A stretch of 64,000 nucleotides of DNA from Myxococcota bacterium. Its GTDB lineage: Bacteria; Myxococcota_A; UBA9160; SZUA-336. Of this stretch, positions 1 to 9,358 are shown piece by piece. The notes under the pieces were generated by a model. That model saw nothing but the letters and a program-made list of their open reading frames with translations, was not told the origin of the DNA and did not search any database. Location of the stretch: contig CBDFGR010000003.1 of NCBI GenBank assembly GCA_965247115.1, positions 2,144,001 to 2,208,000 of the forward strand, written 5' to 3'. A program made the position numbers and the translations under genes. The number at the start of each line of letters is the position of its first letter. Positions within the stretch are counted from its first letter, which is position 1.

Positions 1-700
1 CGCCCTCGTGGGCCTCCAGTCTGCGCTCCGGGTCCTTGACGCGGCGACGGATCCAGGCCGTGCGCATGCCTAGCTTGCTCGCGCCGTTGACGTCGCTCTC
101 GAGATCGTCGCCCACGTGGACGACCTCTTCGGGAGGGACGTCGAGCTCTGCCAGCAGGGCCTGGAAGATCTCGGGTCGCGGTTTGCGGATGCCGACGGTC
201 TCCGAGATCGTCACCGCATCGAAGTGGGGGCGCAAGCCGGAGTCCGCGAGCACGCGTTCTGCCGTCGGCGTGTGGCTGAAGTTCGAGCAGACCCCGAGCT
301 TGAGCTCGCTCCCGAGCTCGGCCAGGACCCGCTCGTGATGCGAGAGGAAGCGCGTCTGCTCGTAGATGCCCCGCATGTGTGTCTCCGTGAGCTCCTCTGC
401 CAACGCGGAGTCGTCGACGCCGAGCCGTCTGGCAAGCTCCGCGAAGCGGCGGATCGTCGGCAGCTCCAGTCCGCGCGAATACGTGGAGGTTCGCAGCTCG
501 GAGTCGACGGCGAACAACATCTGGCCGAAGCTCTCGAAGTCGATCGGATGCCTCTGCGCGGTCACCGCGTGCAGCGCCTGGAGGGTGGAGTGGAACTTGC
601 GACCGCCCACCTCGACCAGGGGCAGGTTGTTCATCGAGAGATCGACGAGGGTGTCGAAGAGGTCGAAGGAGATCGCACGGGTGGGCACGCGTCGCATCAT
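1..700 (-). CDS. HAD-superfamily hydrolase, 3' end outside window (start ATG 700/697 or GTG 688)
   Basis: Manual minus-strand translation, not in the ORF track: ...RAISFDLFDTLVD (motif I) ...CSNF... IRKPRPEIF... HVGDDLESDVNGA (motifs III/IV). Confidence 0.85.
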   Translation of the reverse strand, partial: MMRRVPTRAISFDLFDTLVDLSMNNLPLVEVGGRKFHSTLQALHAVTAQRHPIDFESFGQMLFAVDSELRTSTYSRGLELPTIRRFAELARRLGVDDSALAEELTETHMRGIYEQTRFLSHHERVLAELGSELKLGVCSNFSHTPTAERVLADSGLRPHFDAVTISETVGIRKPRPEIFQALLAELDVPPEEVVHVGDDLESDVNGASKLGMRTAWIRRRVKDPERRLEAHEG

Positions 701-1520
701 ACTCGGTGACAACCTGGTGGTCCTGCCGCGCCTGCCCGACGCATCCGTCGACCTGATCTACATCGATCCGCCCTTCAATACTGGCAAGCAGCAGCGTCGT
801 GCTCGCATTCGCGTCACGCGCGACCCAGCCGGAGAGCGCGGCGGCTTCGGAGCTCGTCGCTACCGCAGCCGTGCGGTCGCGTCCGCCGGATTCGACGACA
901 GCTTCGATGACTTCTCGCTGTTCCTGGCGCCCCGCCTCGCGGAAGCGTGGCGACTCCTGAAGCCGACGGGGTCGTTCTTTCTGCACGTCGACTACCGCGA
1001 GGTCCACTACTGCAAGGTGCTGCTGGATCAGGTCTTCGGCCGCGATTGCTTCCAGAACGAGATCATCTGGGCCTACGATTTCGGCGGCCGCTCGCGCAGG
1101 CGCTGGCCCGCCAAGCACGACAATCTGCTGTGGTATACGCGCCACCCGAGCGACTACACGTTCAACTACGAGGCGATCGACCGCATCCCGTACATGGCCC
1201 CCGGACTCGTCGGCGCGGAGAAGGCCGCGCGCGGCAAGACCCCCACCGACGTGTGGTGGAACACGATCGTACCGACCAGCGGCCGCGAGAAGACCCGCTA
1301 CACCACGCAGAAGCCACTCGCGATCCTGAACCGGATCGTGAACGTGCACTCGAATCCCGGTGACCTGCTGCTCGACTTCTTTGCTGGCAGCGGAACCCTC
1401 GGCGAGAGCGCCGCCCGCAATGGCCGTGACTTCGTCCTGATCGACTCGAACCCCGAGGCGGTCGAGGTCATGCGGGAGCGGCTGGCCTTCGCGGATCCCG
1501 ATTTCAGCTGCTCGGGGTAA
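681..1520 (+). CDS. Orphan site-specific DNA methyltransferase (N4/N6, beta-class motif order)
   Basis: LIYIDPPFNTG catalytic motif precedes LLDFFAGSGT SAM-binding motif; YTTQKP; probable GTG start at 681 within ORF 366..1520. Confidence 0.9.
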   Translation: MGTRRIILGDNLVVLPRLPDASVDLIYIDPPFNTGKQQRRARIRVTRDPAGERGGFGARRYRSRAVASAGFDDSFDDFSLFLAPRLAEAWRLLKPTGSFFLHVDYREVHYCKVLLDQVFGRDCFQNEIIWAYDFGGRSRRRWPAKHDNLLWYTRHPSDYTFNYEAIDRIPYMAPGLVGAEKAARGKTPTDVWWNTIVPTSGREKTRYTTQKPLAILNRIVNVHSNPGDLLLDFFAGSGTLGESAARNGRDFVLIDSNPEAVEVMRERLAFADPDFSCSG

Positions 1521-1553
1521 GGCGTTCTCAGCCGTGCTAGCATCTGTCCACGC

Positions 1554-2774
1554 ATGGACGCGAGCCCCCCTCCATCCGCGAGCCCCTCTGCATCCGCAAG
1601 CCGCGGGGAGCTGCTCGACAGGATCCGCAAGGCCGTCGACGCTGAGCCTCTCGGGCGGACTGCCGCCGTCGCCATCATGGAGCGGCTCGAGCACGACCCG
1701 CAGCAGATCCTCGAGCCGTTGCTCGAGGCGGGCCAGGAGCTGGGCAGGCGGGGACACGGGGACGAGATCACGGTCTCGCGGAACGTCTTCATCCCGCTCA
1801 CGAACCTGTGCCGGGATCGCTGTGGCTACTGTGCCTTTGCCGTCGACCCGAGCTCTGCGCAGGCCAAGACCTACTCGCTCGACGAGGTGCGCGAGATCTC
1901 GGGCAAGGCGCTGGCCGCGGGCTGCTGGGAGGCGCTCTTCTGCCTGGGCGACAAGCCCGAGGTGGCCTACCGCGGCTACCGGAGCTGGCTCTCGGAGCTG
2001 GGCTACGCATCGACCTCGGAGTACCTGGTCGATGCTTGCCAGGTAGCCTTCGCCGAGGGTCTGTTCCCGCATACCAACGCCGGCATCATGAGCGCCGAGG
2101 AGATGTCGGCACTGCGCCCGTCCAATGCCAGCATGGGGTTGATGCTGGAGACCACGAGTGCGCGGCTGCGCGAGAAGGGCCAGGCGCACTTCTACGCACC
2201 GGACAAAGACCCCGCCAAGCGCATACGGATGACGCGCGAGGCGGGCGAGCTCGACATTCCGTTTACGAGTGGGATCCTGATCGGAATCGGTGAGACGCCG
2301 GCCGAGCGGATCGACACTCTGCTCGCGATCCGAGAACTGCAGGCCGAGGGAGGGCACATCCAGGAGGTCATCGTTCAGAACTTCCATCCAAAGCCCGGGA
2401 CGGCGATGGGGGAATTGCCCCAGCCGTCGGACGAGCTGATGGCGGGGACGGTGGCCATGTCCCGATTGCTGCTGGGACCGACGATGAATATCCAGGCACC
2501 GCCGAACCTGTCGCCGAGCTCGCTCGAGCTCCTGGTACGCTCCGGGCTGAACGACTGGGGTGGCGTGTCTCCCCTCACCATCGACTTCATCAATCCCGAG
2601 GCGCCCTGGCCGGAGCTGATAGAGCTCGAGCGCCGCACCAGCGATGCGGGCTACACGCTTCGCGACCGCCACTGCGTGTATCCAGAGTTCATCGTGCAGC
2701 GTCCCGAGTTCTTCGACCCCGAGATGCTCCGCCGCCTGCACGCAGCCACAGATGAAGAAGGATATCCCCCATGA
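1554..2774 (+). CDS. cofG: FO synthase subunit CofG (radical SAM, F420 precursor)
   Basis: SRNVFIPLTNLCRDRCGYC (CxxxCxxC), PHTNAG, SMGLMLE, IQAPPNL, NDWGGVSPLTIDFINPEAPWP. Confidence 0.93.
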   Translation: MDASPPPSASPSASASRGELLDRIRKAVDAEPLGRTAAVAIMERLEHDPQQILEPLLEAGQELGRRGHGDEITVSRNVFIPLTNLCRDRCGYCAFAVDPSSAQAKTYSLDEVREISGKALAAGCWEALFCLGDKPEVAYRGYRSWLSELGYASTSEYLVDACQVAFAEGLFPHTNAGIMSAEEMSALRPSNASMGLMLETTSARLREKGQAHFYAPDKDPAKRIRMTREAGELDIPFTSGILIGIGETPAERIDTLLAIRELQAEGGHIQEVIVQNFHPKPGTAMGELPQPSDELMAGTVAMSRLLLGPTMNIQAPPNLSPSSLELLVRSGLNDWGGVSPLTIDFINPEAPWPELIELERRTSDAGYTLRDRHCVYPEFIVQRPEFFDPEMLRRLHAATDEEGYPP

Positions 2775-3973
2775 GTCTATCCGACATATTGCTCCGGGAT
2801 ACGAGCGCGCCCGTTCGCTCTGTGCTCGAGAAGTCGCTCGAGGGCCGCGAGCTCGAACGTGACGATGCCATAGTCCTGCTCGGTGCCTTCGGGCGCGACC
2901 TGCAGGTGCTGTGTGCGGTTGCCGACGGCGCGCGCTTCGACGATGTGGGTGACGAGGTGTCCTATGTCATTTGTCGGAACATCAACTCCACCAACATCTG
3001 CTACATCGGCTGCAGCTTCTGCGGCTTCGCGCGCCACAAGCACGACGAAGACGCGTACGACCGTGGGCTCGACGACGTGGTCGCCAGAGCGACCGAAGCC
3101 TGGGACCGAGGCGCATCAGAGGTCTGCATCCAGGGCGGGATCCATCCCAACAAGGACGGCTTCTGGTACCGCGAGATCGTTCGCGCCATCAAGGACGTCC
3201 TCCCCGACATGCACATCCACGCCTTCTCGCCCGAGGAGATCGACTTCGGCGTCGAGCGGGCCGACGGGATGTCGCTGCGCGACTACCTCACCATGTTGAA
3301 GGACGAGGGTCTCGGGTCCATTCCGGGCACCGCAGCGGAGATCCTCGACGATGAGGTCCGCAAGATCCTGAGTCCGCGAAAGCTGATGACCCAGCGCTGG
3401 ATCGAGATCGTGACGACGGCGCACGACGTGGGACTGCGCTCTAGCTCGACGCTCATGTATGGCCACATCGAGAGCCCGCGTCACGTGGCTGGGCACCTGG
3501 AGCTGCTGCGCGATCTGCAGAAGCGGACGGGCGGCTTCACGGAGTTCGTGCCCCTGGGGTTCATCCACCACAATACGAGGCTATTCCAGGAGGAGGGAGG
3601 CAGACACGGCGCGACCACGCCCGAAGATCTGCGCCTGCTCGCGACGAGCCGGCTCTTCCTCCGACCCCACATCAAGAACATCCAGATCTCGTGGGTGAAG
3701 ATGGGGCTCAAGCTCGGCCAGGTCGGGCTGATGTCCGGCGCGAACGATTTTGGCGGCACGCTGATGGAGGAATCGATCAGCAAGGCGGCCGGCTCCGAGC
3801 ACGGCGATCACGTGGAGGCCGAGACCATCGAGCGTCTCATCCGCGAGATCGGCCGCACTCCCTACGAGCGCACCACGACCTACGGTCGGCGCAAGAAGAG
3901 CCTGGCCGCGGCGGACCCCGCCTCGCTGCCTCAGGTCTCGCGCACCGAGATCGGCGTGCCGAGTGGCTACTGA
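2771..3973 (+). CDS. cofH: FO synthase subunit CofH (radical SAM)
   Basis: NINSTNICYIGCSFCGF, PGTAAEILDDEVR, TEFVPLGF, GANDFGGTLMEESISKAAG; ATGA overlap with cofG. Confidence 0.92.
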   Translation: MSLSDILLRDTSAPVRSVLEKSLEGRELERDDAIVLLGAFGRDLQVLCAVADGARFDDVGDEVSYVICRNINSTNICYIGCSFCGFARHKHDEDAYDRGLDDVVARATEAWDRGASEVCIQGGIHPNKDGFWYREIVRAIKDVLPDMHIHAFSPEEIDFGVERADGMSLRDYLTMLKDEGLGSIPGTAAEILDDEVRKILSPRKLMTQRWIEIVTTAHDVGLRSSSTLMYGHIESPRHVAGHLELLRDLQKRTGGFTEFVPLGFIHHNTRLFQEEGGRHGATTPEDLRLLATSRLFLRPHIKNIQISWVKMGLKLGQVGLMSGANDFGGTLMEESISKAAGSEHGDHVEAETIERLIREIGRTPYERTTTYGRRKKSLAAADPASLPQVSRTEIGVPSGY

Positions 3974-4012
3974 CGCTTCAGCTCCGTAACGGGTGCGTCG
4001 ATTGAGTCTTGT

Positions 4013-5038
4013 ATGACTCGAGTGCTCGTGACAGGCGGCTGTGGCTTCATCGGCTCGAACTTCATCAGACACCTGATCGACGAGGATCCCGGGGTCCTCG
4101 TGACCAACCTTGACCTGCTGACCTACGCAGGCAACCCGCGGAACCTGGAAGGGCTGGACGTTCCCGGCTACCGCTTCGTGCGCGGTGACGTCCGTGATCC
4201 GAAGCTCGTGGACGAGCTCGTCCCGGACGCAGACTGGATCGTCCACTTCGCGGCCGAGACGCACGTCGACCGCTCCACCTCCGAGCTGGCCGGCGACTTC
4301 GTGCGCACAAACGTCTACGGCACGTACACACTGCTGGACTCCGCGCGCCGCCTCGCCCCGCGGGCCCGCTTTCTCCAGGTTGGAACCGACGAGGTCTACG
4401 GCGACCGACCCGCGCCGGAGTACCCCTCGGAAGACGCGCCGCTCGCGCCGTCGAGCCCCTACTCGGCGTCGAAGGCCGCGGGCGATCACATGGCGCTCGC
4501 CTTCGAGCGCACTCACGGGCTCGACGTCCTGGTCTCTCGCTGCACCAACAACTACGGCCCCTTCCAATATCCGGAGAAGGTGATCCCGCTCTTCATCACG
4601 AACGCGCTCGAGGACGAGCCGATTCCGCTGTACGACGGCGGCACCCAGGTTCGAGACTGGCTGCGCGTCGAGGATCACTGCCGCGCCCTCCTGCTGCTCT
4701 TGCGGGAGGGGAGGTCGGGCGAGATCTACAACGTGGGCGCGAATCAGACTCCCGAGATCTCGAACCGCGAGCTCACCGACCTGATCCTGCGCTGTCTGGA
4801 CAAGCCGGCATCACTGATCAAGCCGGTTTCCGGAATCCGACCCGGTCACGACCAGCGGTATGCCGCCGACACGACGAAGATCCGTACACTCGGCTGGGAG
4901 CCAACGGCAGACTTGGAGGCTGGCCTCGCTGCGACCGTGCGCTGGTACGAGCAGCGGCGCGACTGGTGGCAGCCGATCAAGTCGGGCGCGTACCGCGAGT
5001 ACTACGAGAAGATGTACGCCACACAGATCGGGAGCTAA
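4013..5038 (+). CDS. rfbB: dTDP-glucose 4,6-dehydratase
   Basis: VTGGCGFIGSNF, HFAAETHVDRS, TDEVYG, PYSASKA, NNYGPFQYPEKVIP, RPGHDQRYA. Confidence 0.95.
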   Translation: MTRVLVTGGCGFIGSNFIRHLIDEDPGVLVTNLDLLTYAGNPRNLEGLDVPGYRFVRGDVRDPKLVDELVPDADWIVHFAAETHVDRSTSELAGDFVRTNVYGTYTLLDSARRLAPRARFLQVGTDEVYGDRPAPEYPSEDAPLAPSSPYSASKAAGDHMALAFERTHGLDVLVSRCTNNYGPFQYPEKVIPLFITNALEDEPIPLYDGGTQVRDWLRVEDHCRALLLLLREGRSGEIYNVGANQTPEISNRELTDLILRCLDKPASLIKPVSGIRPGHDQRYAADTTKIRTLGWEPTADLEAGLAATVRWYEQRRDWWQPIKSGAYREYYEKMYATQIGS

Positions 5039-6338
5039 AGCGCGCTGCCAGGGCCTCCAGCTCGTAGCGCAGCTGTGGCCGTTCGACAATCCGGCGCTCC
5101 ACCACCTCCACCGCGTAGATGACGCTCGAGTGATCGCGATCGAAGGCGCGGCCGATGTCCTTGAGCGACAGGTTCGTGTACCTGCGGCACAGGTACATCG
5201 CGAACTGGCGCGGCTGCACGACGCGCCGTCGCCGCGAGCGACCGCTGAGCTCCCCGCGTGTTAGCGAATACGTCTTGGCCACCAGCTCCGTGATCTGCTC
5301 GAGCGTGTGGGGTCGTCCCGGCACCTCCACGGCGGTCAACGCCTCGGCTACCAGCTCGGGTGTGATCCGCGTACGGAGCAGTGACGCGCGTGCGACGACC
5401 TGGTTCAGGCCGGAGAGCAGATCGCGGACGCTATCGACGGGGCGCTCGGCCAGCTGCCGGAGGCACTCCTCGGGCAGGCCGATGCCGCCTCCCGCTGCCT
5501 TCTCGCGCAGGATCTCGGTTCGAGTCAGCAGCTCGGGTGGAGCAATCCGGGCCACGAGCCCCGAGGCCATCCGCGAGGCGAGCTTGTCATCGAGATCCTC
5601 GATCTCCACGGGAAGACGGTCGCCGGACAGGACGACCGTCTTCCCGTGTGAGATCAAGTGGTCGATCGTGTGAAACAGCTCGATCTGCGTCGCCCGTTTT
5701 CCTGAGAGGAACTGGACGTCCTCCAGGATCAAGACGTTCAGCGAGCGTCTGTAACGCTGGCGGATATCCTGCATCCGGCCGCCGCGGATCGCGGAGGTCA
5801 CCTCCGTGGTAAACTCCTCGCTCGAACGATAGATCGCGTGTGATGACAGCTCACGCTGAATCGCCCGGCACAGGTGGGTCTTGCCGACGCCACTCACCCC
5901 ACTCAAGAAGAGGGGACTGCAGCGTCCTGACTGCTGACGTGCGACTGCACGCGCCGCCTCGACGGCGAGCGCGTTGCCCGAGTCGACGACGAAGCTGTTG
6001 AAGCCGGAAGTGGAAGCGCCGACAGCTTGGGCCGGCGAGAGCGGCGAGCCGACGGTGTCGGGGACGTCCCCACTCACGCCCCGTTCCGTCGGCTCGCCTC
6101 CACGCTGGGGTCGATCGGGCTGGACGCGGTAGTCGACGCAGCGAATGTCTGCGGATGCCTCGATCACCGAGCCGTACCTGGATCGAATCCAGTCGCGGGT
6201 AAAACGATCCGGGCAGTGGATCACCAGACAATCGTTCTCGACGACTCCATCGAGCCTACGGAACCATGCGCCGAATGCTGACGCACCTACAGCCTGACGG
6301 ATCGTCTCGCGGACGACCTCCCACCCCCCACCTGGCAT
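4977..6338 (-). CDS. dnaA: DnaA-family protein with domains I, III and IV; probably a paralogue because no dnaN follows
   Basis: FNSFVVDSGNALA, Walker A GVSGVGKTHL, Walker B LILEDVQFL, LASRMASG, domain IV RQFAMYL...LSLKDIGRAFDRDHSSV. Confidence 0.85.
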   Translation of the reverse strand: MPGGGWEVVRETIRQAVGASAFGAWFRRLDGVVENDCLVIHCPDRFTRDWIRSRYGSVIEASADIRCVDYRVQPDRPQRGGEPTERGVSGDVPDTVGSPLSPAQAVGASTSGFNSFVVDSGNALAVEAARAVARQQSGRCSPLFLSGVSGVGKTHLCRAIQRELSSHAIYRSSEEFTTEVTSAIRGGRMQDIRQRYRRSLNVLILEDVQFLSGKRATQIELFHTIDHLISHGKTVVLSGDRLPVEIEDLDDKLASRMASGLVARIAPPELLTRTEILREKAAGGGIGLPEECLRQLAERPVDSVRDLLSGLNQVVARASLLRTRITPELVAEALTAVEVPGRPHTLEQITELVAKTYSLTRGELSGRSRRRRVVQPRQFAMYLCRRYTNLSLKDIGRAFDRDHSSVIYAVEVVERRIVERPQLRYELEALAARFSSRSVWRTSSRSTRGTRPT

Positions 6339-6678
6339 CTCGACCCGTATTCCCCCCGTGTGGGCCAGATTTGTCGGATCTGGCCCGAACTAGAGAATCT
6401 CTCACGCACGACTGTGGTCGCGCAAAGGCGATTCCCGTCGACCTCGCTTTCGCCTCGGAGCACGACCGTACCCCTACACATGATTGCGCGCGGGCATTCC
6501 CCGTCGGCGAGCGAAGGGGCCGAAATTACAGGTTCTCGGTCCCGTGTCGTGACAAACGGGACTCTCGTTCACATGATTGTGCACAGCCGTTCACACGGGC
6601 GAATGGGCACATCCGTGTGTGGAGCGGACTCGAGAATTCGGCCGATTTCGAATAATCGTGAAGAAATGCGACGAATTA

Positions 6679-7350
6679 TCAATTGAGGCTATCGGGTCGC
6701 TCCGGTAGCCGGGCGGCGGCTAGCTGGAAGTCGAGCAGCTGAATCAAGAGCCGCGCGCGCGCCAGTGGATCCGCCGTTTCCAGGAGGCTCTGCTTCTCGA
6801 CGAGCCCGCAGTCGATTCCGAATGCGATGGCGTGCACCAGCGCCACCGGGTCGAGCTCCCGCATGCGCGTGCGCAGGGTCTCGACGCTCTGGCGCACGGC
6901 CAGCTGCGCATAGGCGAGCATCTTCTCTTCGAGCTCTGGACGAATCGAGAGCAACCCCTCACGCGTTGCCTCGGCAAGCTCGTCATCTGACGGATCGTCG
7001 AGTAGCTCGGCTCGCGCGAGGATGTAGTCGTCCTCGCTCTGCTCCTGTTCAAGCAGTCGAAAGCGCCGGCGTCCCTCGAGCAGGATGTCGTACTTCCCGT
7101 CGGGCAGCTCGTTGTGGTCTGTGATGCGACCCGCGCAGCCCAGCTCGAAGACGTGCGCTGGACCCGACGGCGGTGCCATGGATCCGGTCTTGAGCAACGT
7201 CATCCCGATCACGCGATCGCCGCGCAGTGCGTCTCGAGCCATAGCGCGGTACCGAGGTTCGAATATGTGCAATTGCAGATAGGCGTCCGGAAACAGCACC
7301 ACGTTTGGCAGCGGGAAGATCGGAAAGCGCGCGGGAAAGCTGGCGTCCAT
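6679..7350 (-). CDS. Stand-alone LON peptidase substrate-binding (N-terminal) domain protein
   Basis: PIFPLPNVVLFP..LHIFEPRYRAM..DGKYDILLEGRRRF; no AAA+ or protease domain. Confidence 0.88.
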   Translation of the reverse strand: MDASFPARFPIFPLPNVVLFPDAYLQLHIFEPRYRAMARDALRGDRVIGMTLLKTGSMAPPSGPAHVFELGCAGRITDHNELPDGKYDILLEGRRRFRLLEQEQSEDDYILARAELLDDPSDDELAEATREGLLSIRPELEEKMLAYAQLAVRQSVETLRTRMRELDPVALVHAIAFGIDCGLVEKQSLLETADPLARARLLIQLLDFQLAAARLPERPDSLN

Positions 7351-7846
7351 GACGAGAAGGGTATACTCCGGGCACCCCCCGGCACCAGTGACCAAGACAG
7401 AGCGCGAGGAGCAACGGGTCGTGCTGGAGAGGTTGCGCGCAGATGCGCTCAGCCTGGCGACCGCGTATCGTCTGCCTCTGCGCTCCCTCGATGCCGAGCG
7501 ACCGCAGGTCAAGCGCCGCTACGGCATCTGCTACGACGATGGCAGCATCCGCATTCGGCTGCGCCACGTGCGCACCGGTCAGCTGCTCAAGTACTCGGCG
7601 CTTGTCGACACGCTATGCCACGAGCTGGCACACCTCAGGCACTTCGACCACGGTCGCCGCTTCAGCGCCTTCTACGAAAAACTCCTCGCCTACGCCCGCC
7701 GCAGGGGAATCTACCAACCAACCCCCCGCCCCCCGCGTCGCCGTCCCCCCCAACGCCCCGGCCTCTTCGAGATCCCCCCTCGCCCTCCGCCACACAAACC
7801 ACCGCAGCAGCTAGACCTCTTCCCCCCTCCACCGGAACACCCGTAA
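7349..7846 (+). CDS. Zn metallopeptidase-like protein (WLM/SprT/YgjP-like) with Pro-rich tail; start may be GTG 7388
   Basis: YGICY...IRIRLR...DTLCHELAHLRHFDHGRRF (HExxH plus downstream H). Confidence 0.75.
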   Translation: MTRRVYSGHPPAPVTKTEREEQRVVLERLRADALSLATAYRLPLRSLDAERPQVKRRYGICYDDGSIRIRLRHVRTGQLLKYSALVDTLCHELAHLRHFDHGRRFSAFYEKLLAYARRRGIYQPTPRPPRRRPPQRPGLFEIPPRPPPHKPPQQLDLFPPPPEHP

Positions 7847-7967
7847 GCCCACCCTGCGAATCGCCGCGAAGCGCGGCGCTTGCACGGTTGCCGATCCGGC
7901 TAGGTGTCCACTGGCTGCGCGGCCGCAAACCGCGCCAAGAGCGCGCTGCGCAAGAAGCCGGGTCCTT

Positions 7968-8120
7968 AACTTGGGGACGGTTCTTAATCTGAACTCATTC
8001 CGCGTGAGACGACCGCAACGACGGCTAGATGGACGAATGTAGCCAAGAGTCCCGCCAGAGTGACCAGAAGTTCCGATATCGGCCAAACAAGTTCGGATTG
8101 AGGACCGTCCCCAAGTTCGG
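7968..8120. repeat. Family-A non-autonomous REPIN/MITE-like element, copy 1 (~153 bp)
   Basis: Ends AACTTGGGGACGGTTCTTAATCTGAACT and AAGTTCGGATTGAGGACCGTCCCCAAGTTCGG are inverted copies of the transposase terminal repeats; interior colinear with copy at 51064. Confidence 0.85.
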
Positions 8121-8163
8121 ATTCCGTGGAGAACCGGCAACCTCCTACGGGGCTTGGCAACCA

Positions 8164-8346
8164 TGCAAGCGCCGCGGAACGCGGCGCGCGCAGCGAAGGG
8201 CCTGGCCCTGAGCGGAGGTGGGTGGCAGCAAGCCGTGCCGAAGGCGCGGTGCGCAGTGAGGCGATAGCCGAACGAAGAGCGGGTGGCGCGCGACCGCTCG
8301 CGCGCCGGGCCCCGCAAGACGGGCCGCCCGCGGCCGGGTCCCACAG
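8164..8346 (+). repeat. Family-B three-hairpin REP-like repeats (one partial copy, one diverged full copy and a fragment in tandem)
   Basis: GCAAGCGCCGCGGAACGCGGCGCGCGCAGCGAAGGGCCTGGCCCTGAGCGGAGGTGGGTGG, then a second unit ending CCCGCAAGAC. Confidence 0.85.
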
Positions 8347-8354
8347 GGAGAGAC

Positions 8355-8558
8355 TCAGGCTTCTCGGACCTTGTCGTAGTCCTCGAGGGAGTTCGGCCCC
8401 TCGACTACCTTGACCTCGACGCCCTCGAGCGCGATCTGCTTGTCGAGGATCTGGGAGACGAGCTGGTCGACGGTGAGCTCATCGTACTCGGCCAGGGCGT
8501 CCTCCAGCCCGCTCTCTTCCACAGACATCGCGATCTGTAGCTTGATGGTGATGGGCAT
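8355..8558 (-). CDS. Small acidic hypothetical protein (67 aa)
   Basis: Clean ORF with GGAG upstream and host-like codon usage; no recognisable motif. Confidence 0.65.
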   Translation of the reverse strand: MPITIKLQIAMSVEESGLEDALAEYDELTVDQLVSQILDKQIALEGVEVKVVEGPNSLEDYDKVREA

Positions 8559-8760
8559 GGGACTCCGCCGTCCGGCTTCGCGGCGAGCGGGAAGATAACG
8601 AAGGCGGCCGGGAACACAACGAGATTTCGGCGCGATACCCGGTTGAAATCGTCAAATATGTCGCCCCGATGGATGCTTGGGCGGCTTCTTTTTGAGTCCC
8701 CTGCCCGGTGCGAAACTGGCTCGCGGCGCGTACCCTACCGGGTCCACCGAAGGAGTCTCC

Positions 8761-9312
8761 GTGCTCGTCAGAAGCTTTGTAGGGGTGCTGCTGATCGTTT
8801 GTGGCGTGGGCTGTGATCGCAGACTGGAGCCCTGGATCGACAAGGAGGCGGAGCTGCCCGCGACGGAGCGACCCGTGCACGTGCCGGGACTCGACGCCCC
8901 GATCGTGCGCTCGCAGCCGGGAGCTGCGCTGGCTTCGAGAAGCGAGCGTCGCGGAGCGGAGCGTGGCTCAGAAGCCCCACCCATCCGCGGCACGTTGCGG
9001 CTCGCTACAGGTGAGGAGCCGGGTCCCGGCGGCGTACTCTTCCTGATCGCGCGCACCTCTCCGGTTGGTCCGCCGCTAGCGGTGAAGAGACTGCCCGTGG
9101 GTCCGTTCCCGCTGGACTTCGAGATTGGACCGAATGACGTGATGATTCCAGGGCTGCGCTTTGCGGGGGCGATCACCCTCACGGCGCGCATCGACGCTGA
9201 CGGGGATCCCCTGACGCCTGCGGCTGCGGGAGACCTTCAGGGGGCACTCGCTGGCCCAGTAGAGCCGGGCTCCGCCGGAGTACAGCTCGTGCTGCGAGCG
9301 AGCGAGGGGTAA
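8761..9312 (+). CDS. Probable lipoprotein with CcmH/CycH-type C-terminal Ig-like domain
   Basis: Lipobox-like VCGVGC; VLFLIAR..GPPLAVKRL..FPLDFEIGPNDVMIPG..LTARIDADGD. Confidence 0.7.
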   Translation: MLVRSFVGVLLIVCGVGCDRRLEPWIDKEAELPATERPVHVPGLDAPIVRSQPGAALASRSERRGAERGSEAPPIRGTLRLATGEEPGPGGVLFLIARTSPVGPPLAVKRLPVGPFPLDFEIGPNDVMIPGLRFAGAITLTARIDADGDPLTPAAAGDLQGALAGPVEPGSAGVQLVLRASEG

Positions 9313-9358
9313 TTCGATCTCAAGCTGAAGCCCGCTGGCCACGACGGATTGAGTAGTA

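Noticed and set aside
681..1520. Restriction-modification or defence system
   Set aside because: Neighbours are a HAD hydrolase and cofG; no nuclease or specificity subunit is visible
6340..6680. Confident oriC call
   Set aside because: Only one imperfect DnaA box, no clear DUE or box cluster, and no dnaN; kept only as a low-score finding
7811..8344. ORFs spanning repeat loci (7811..8344, 51039..51449, 63568..63996)
   Set aside because: They are translations of the repeat elements; their mutual similarity reflects the DNA repeats
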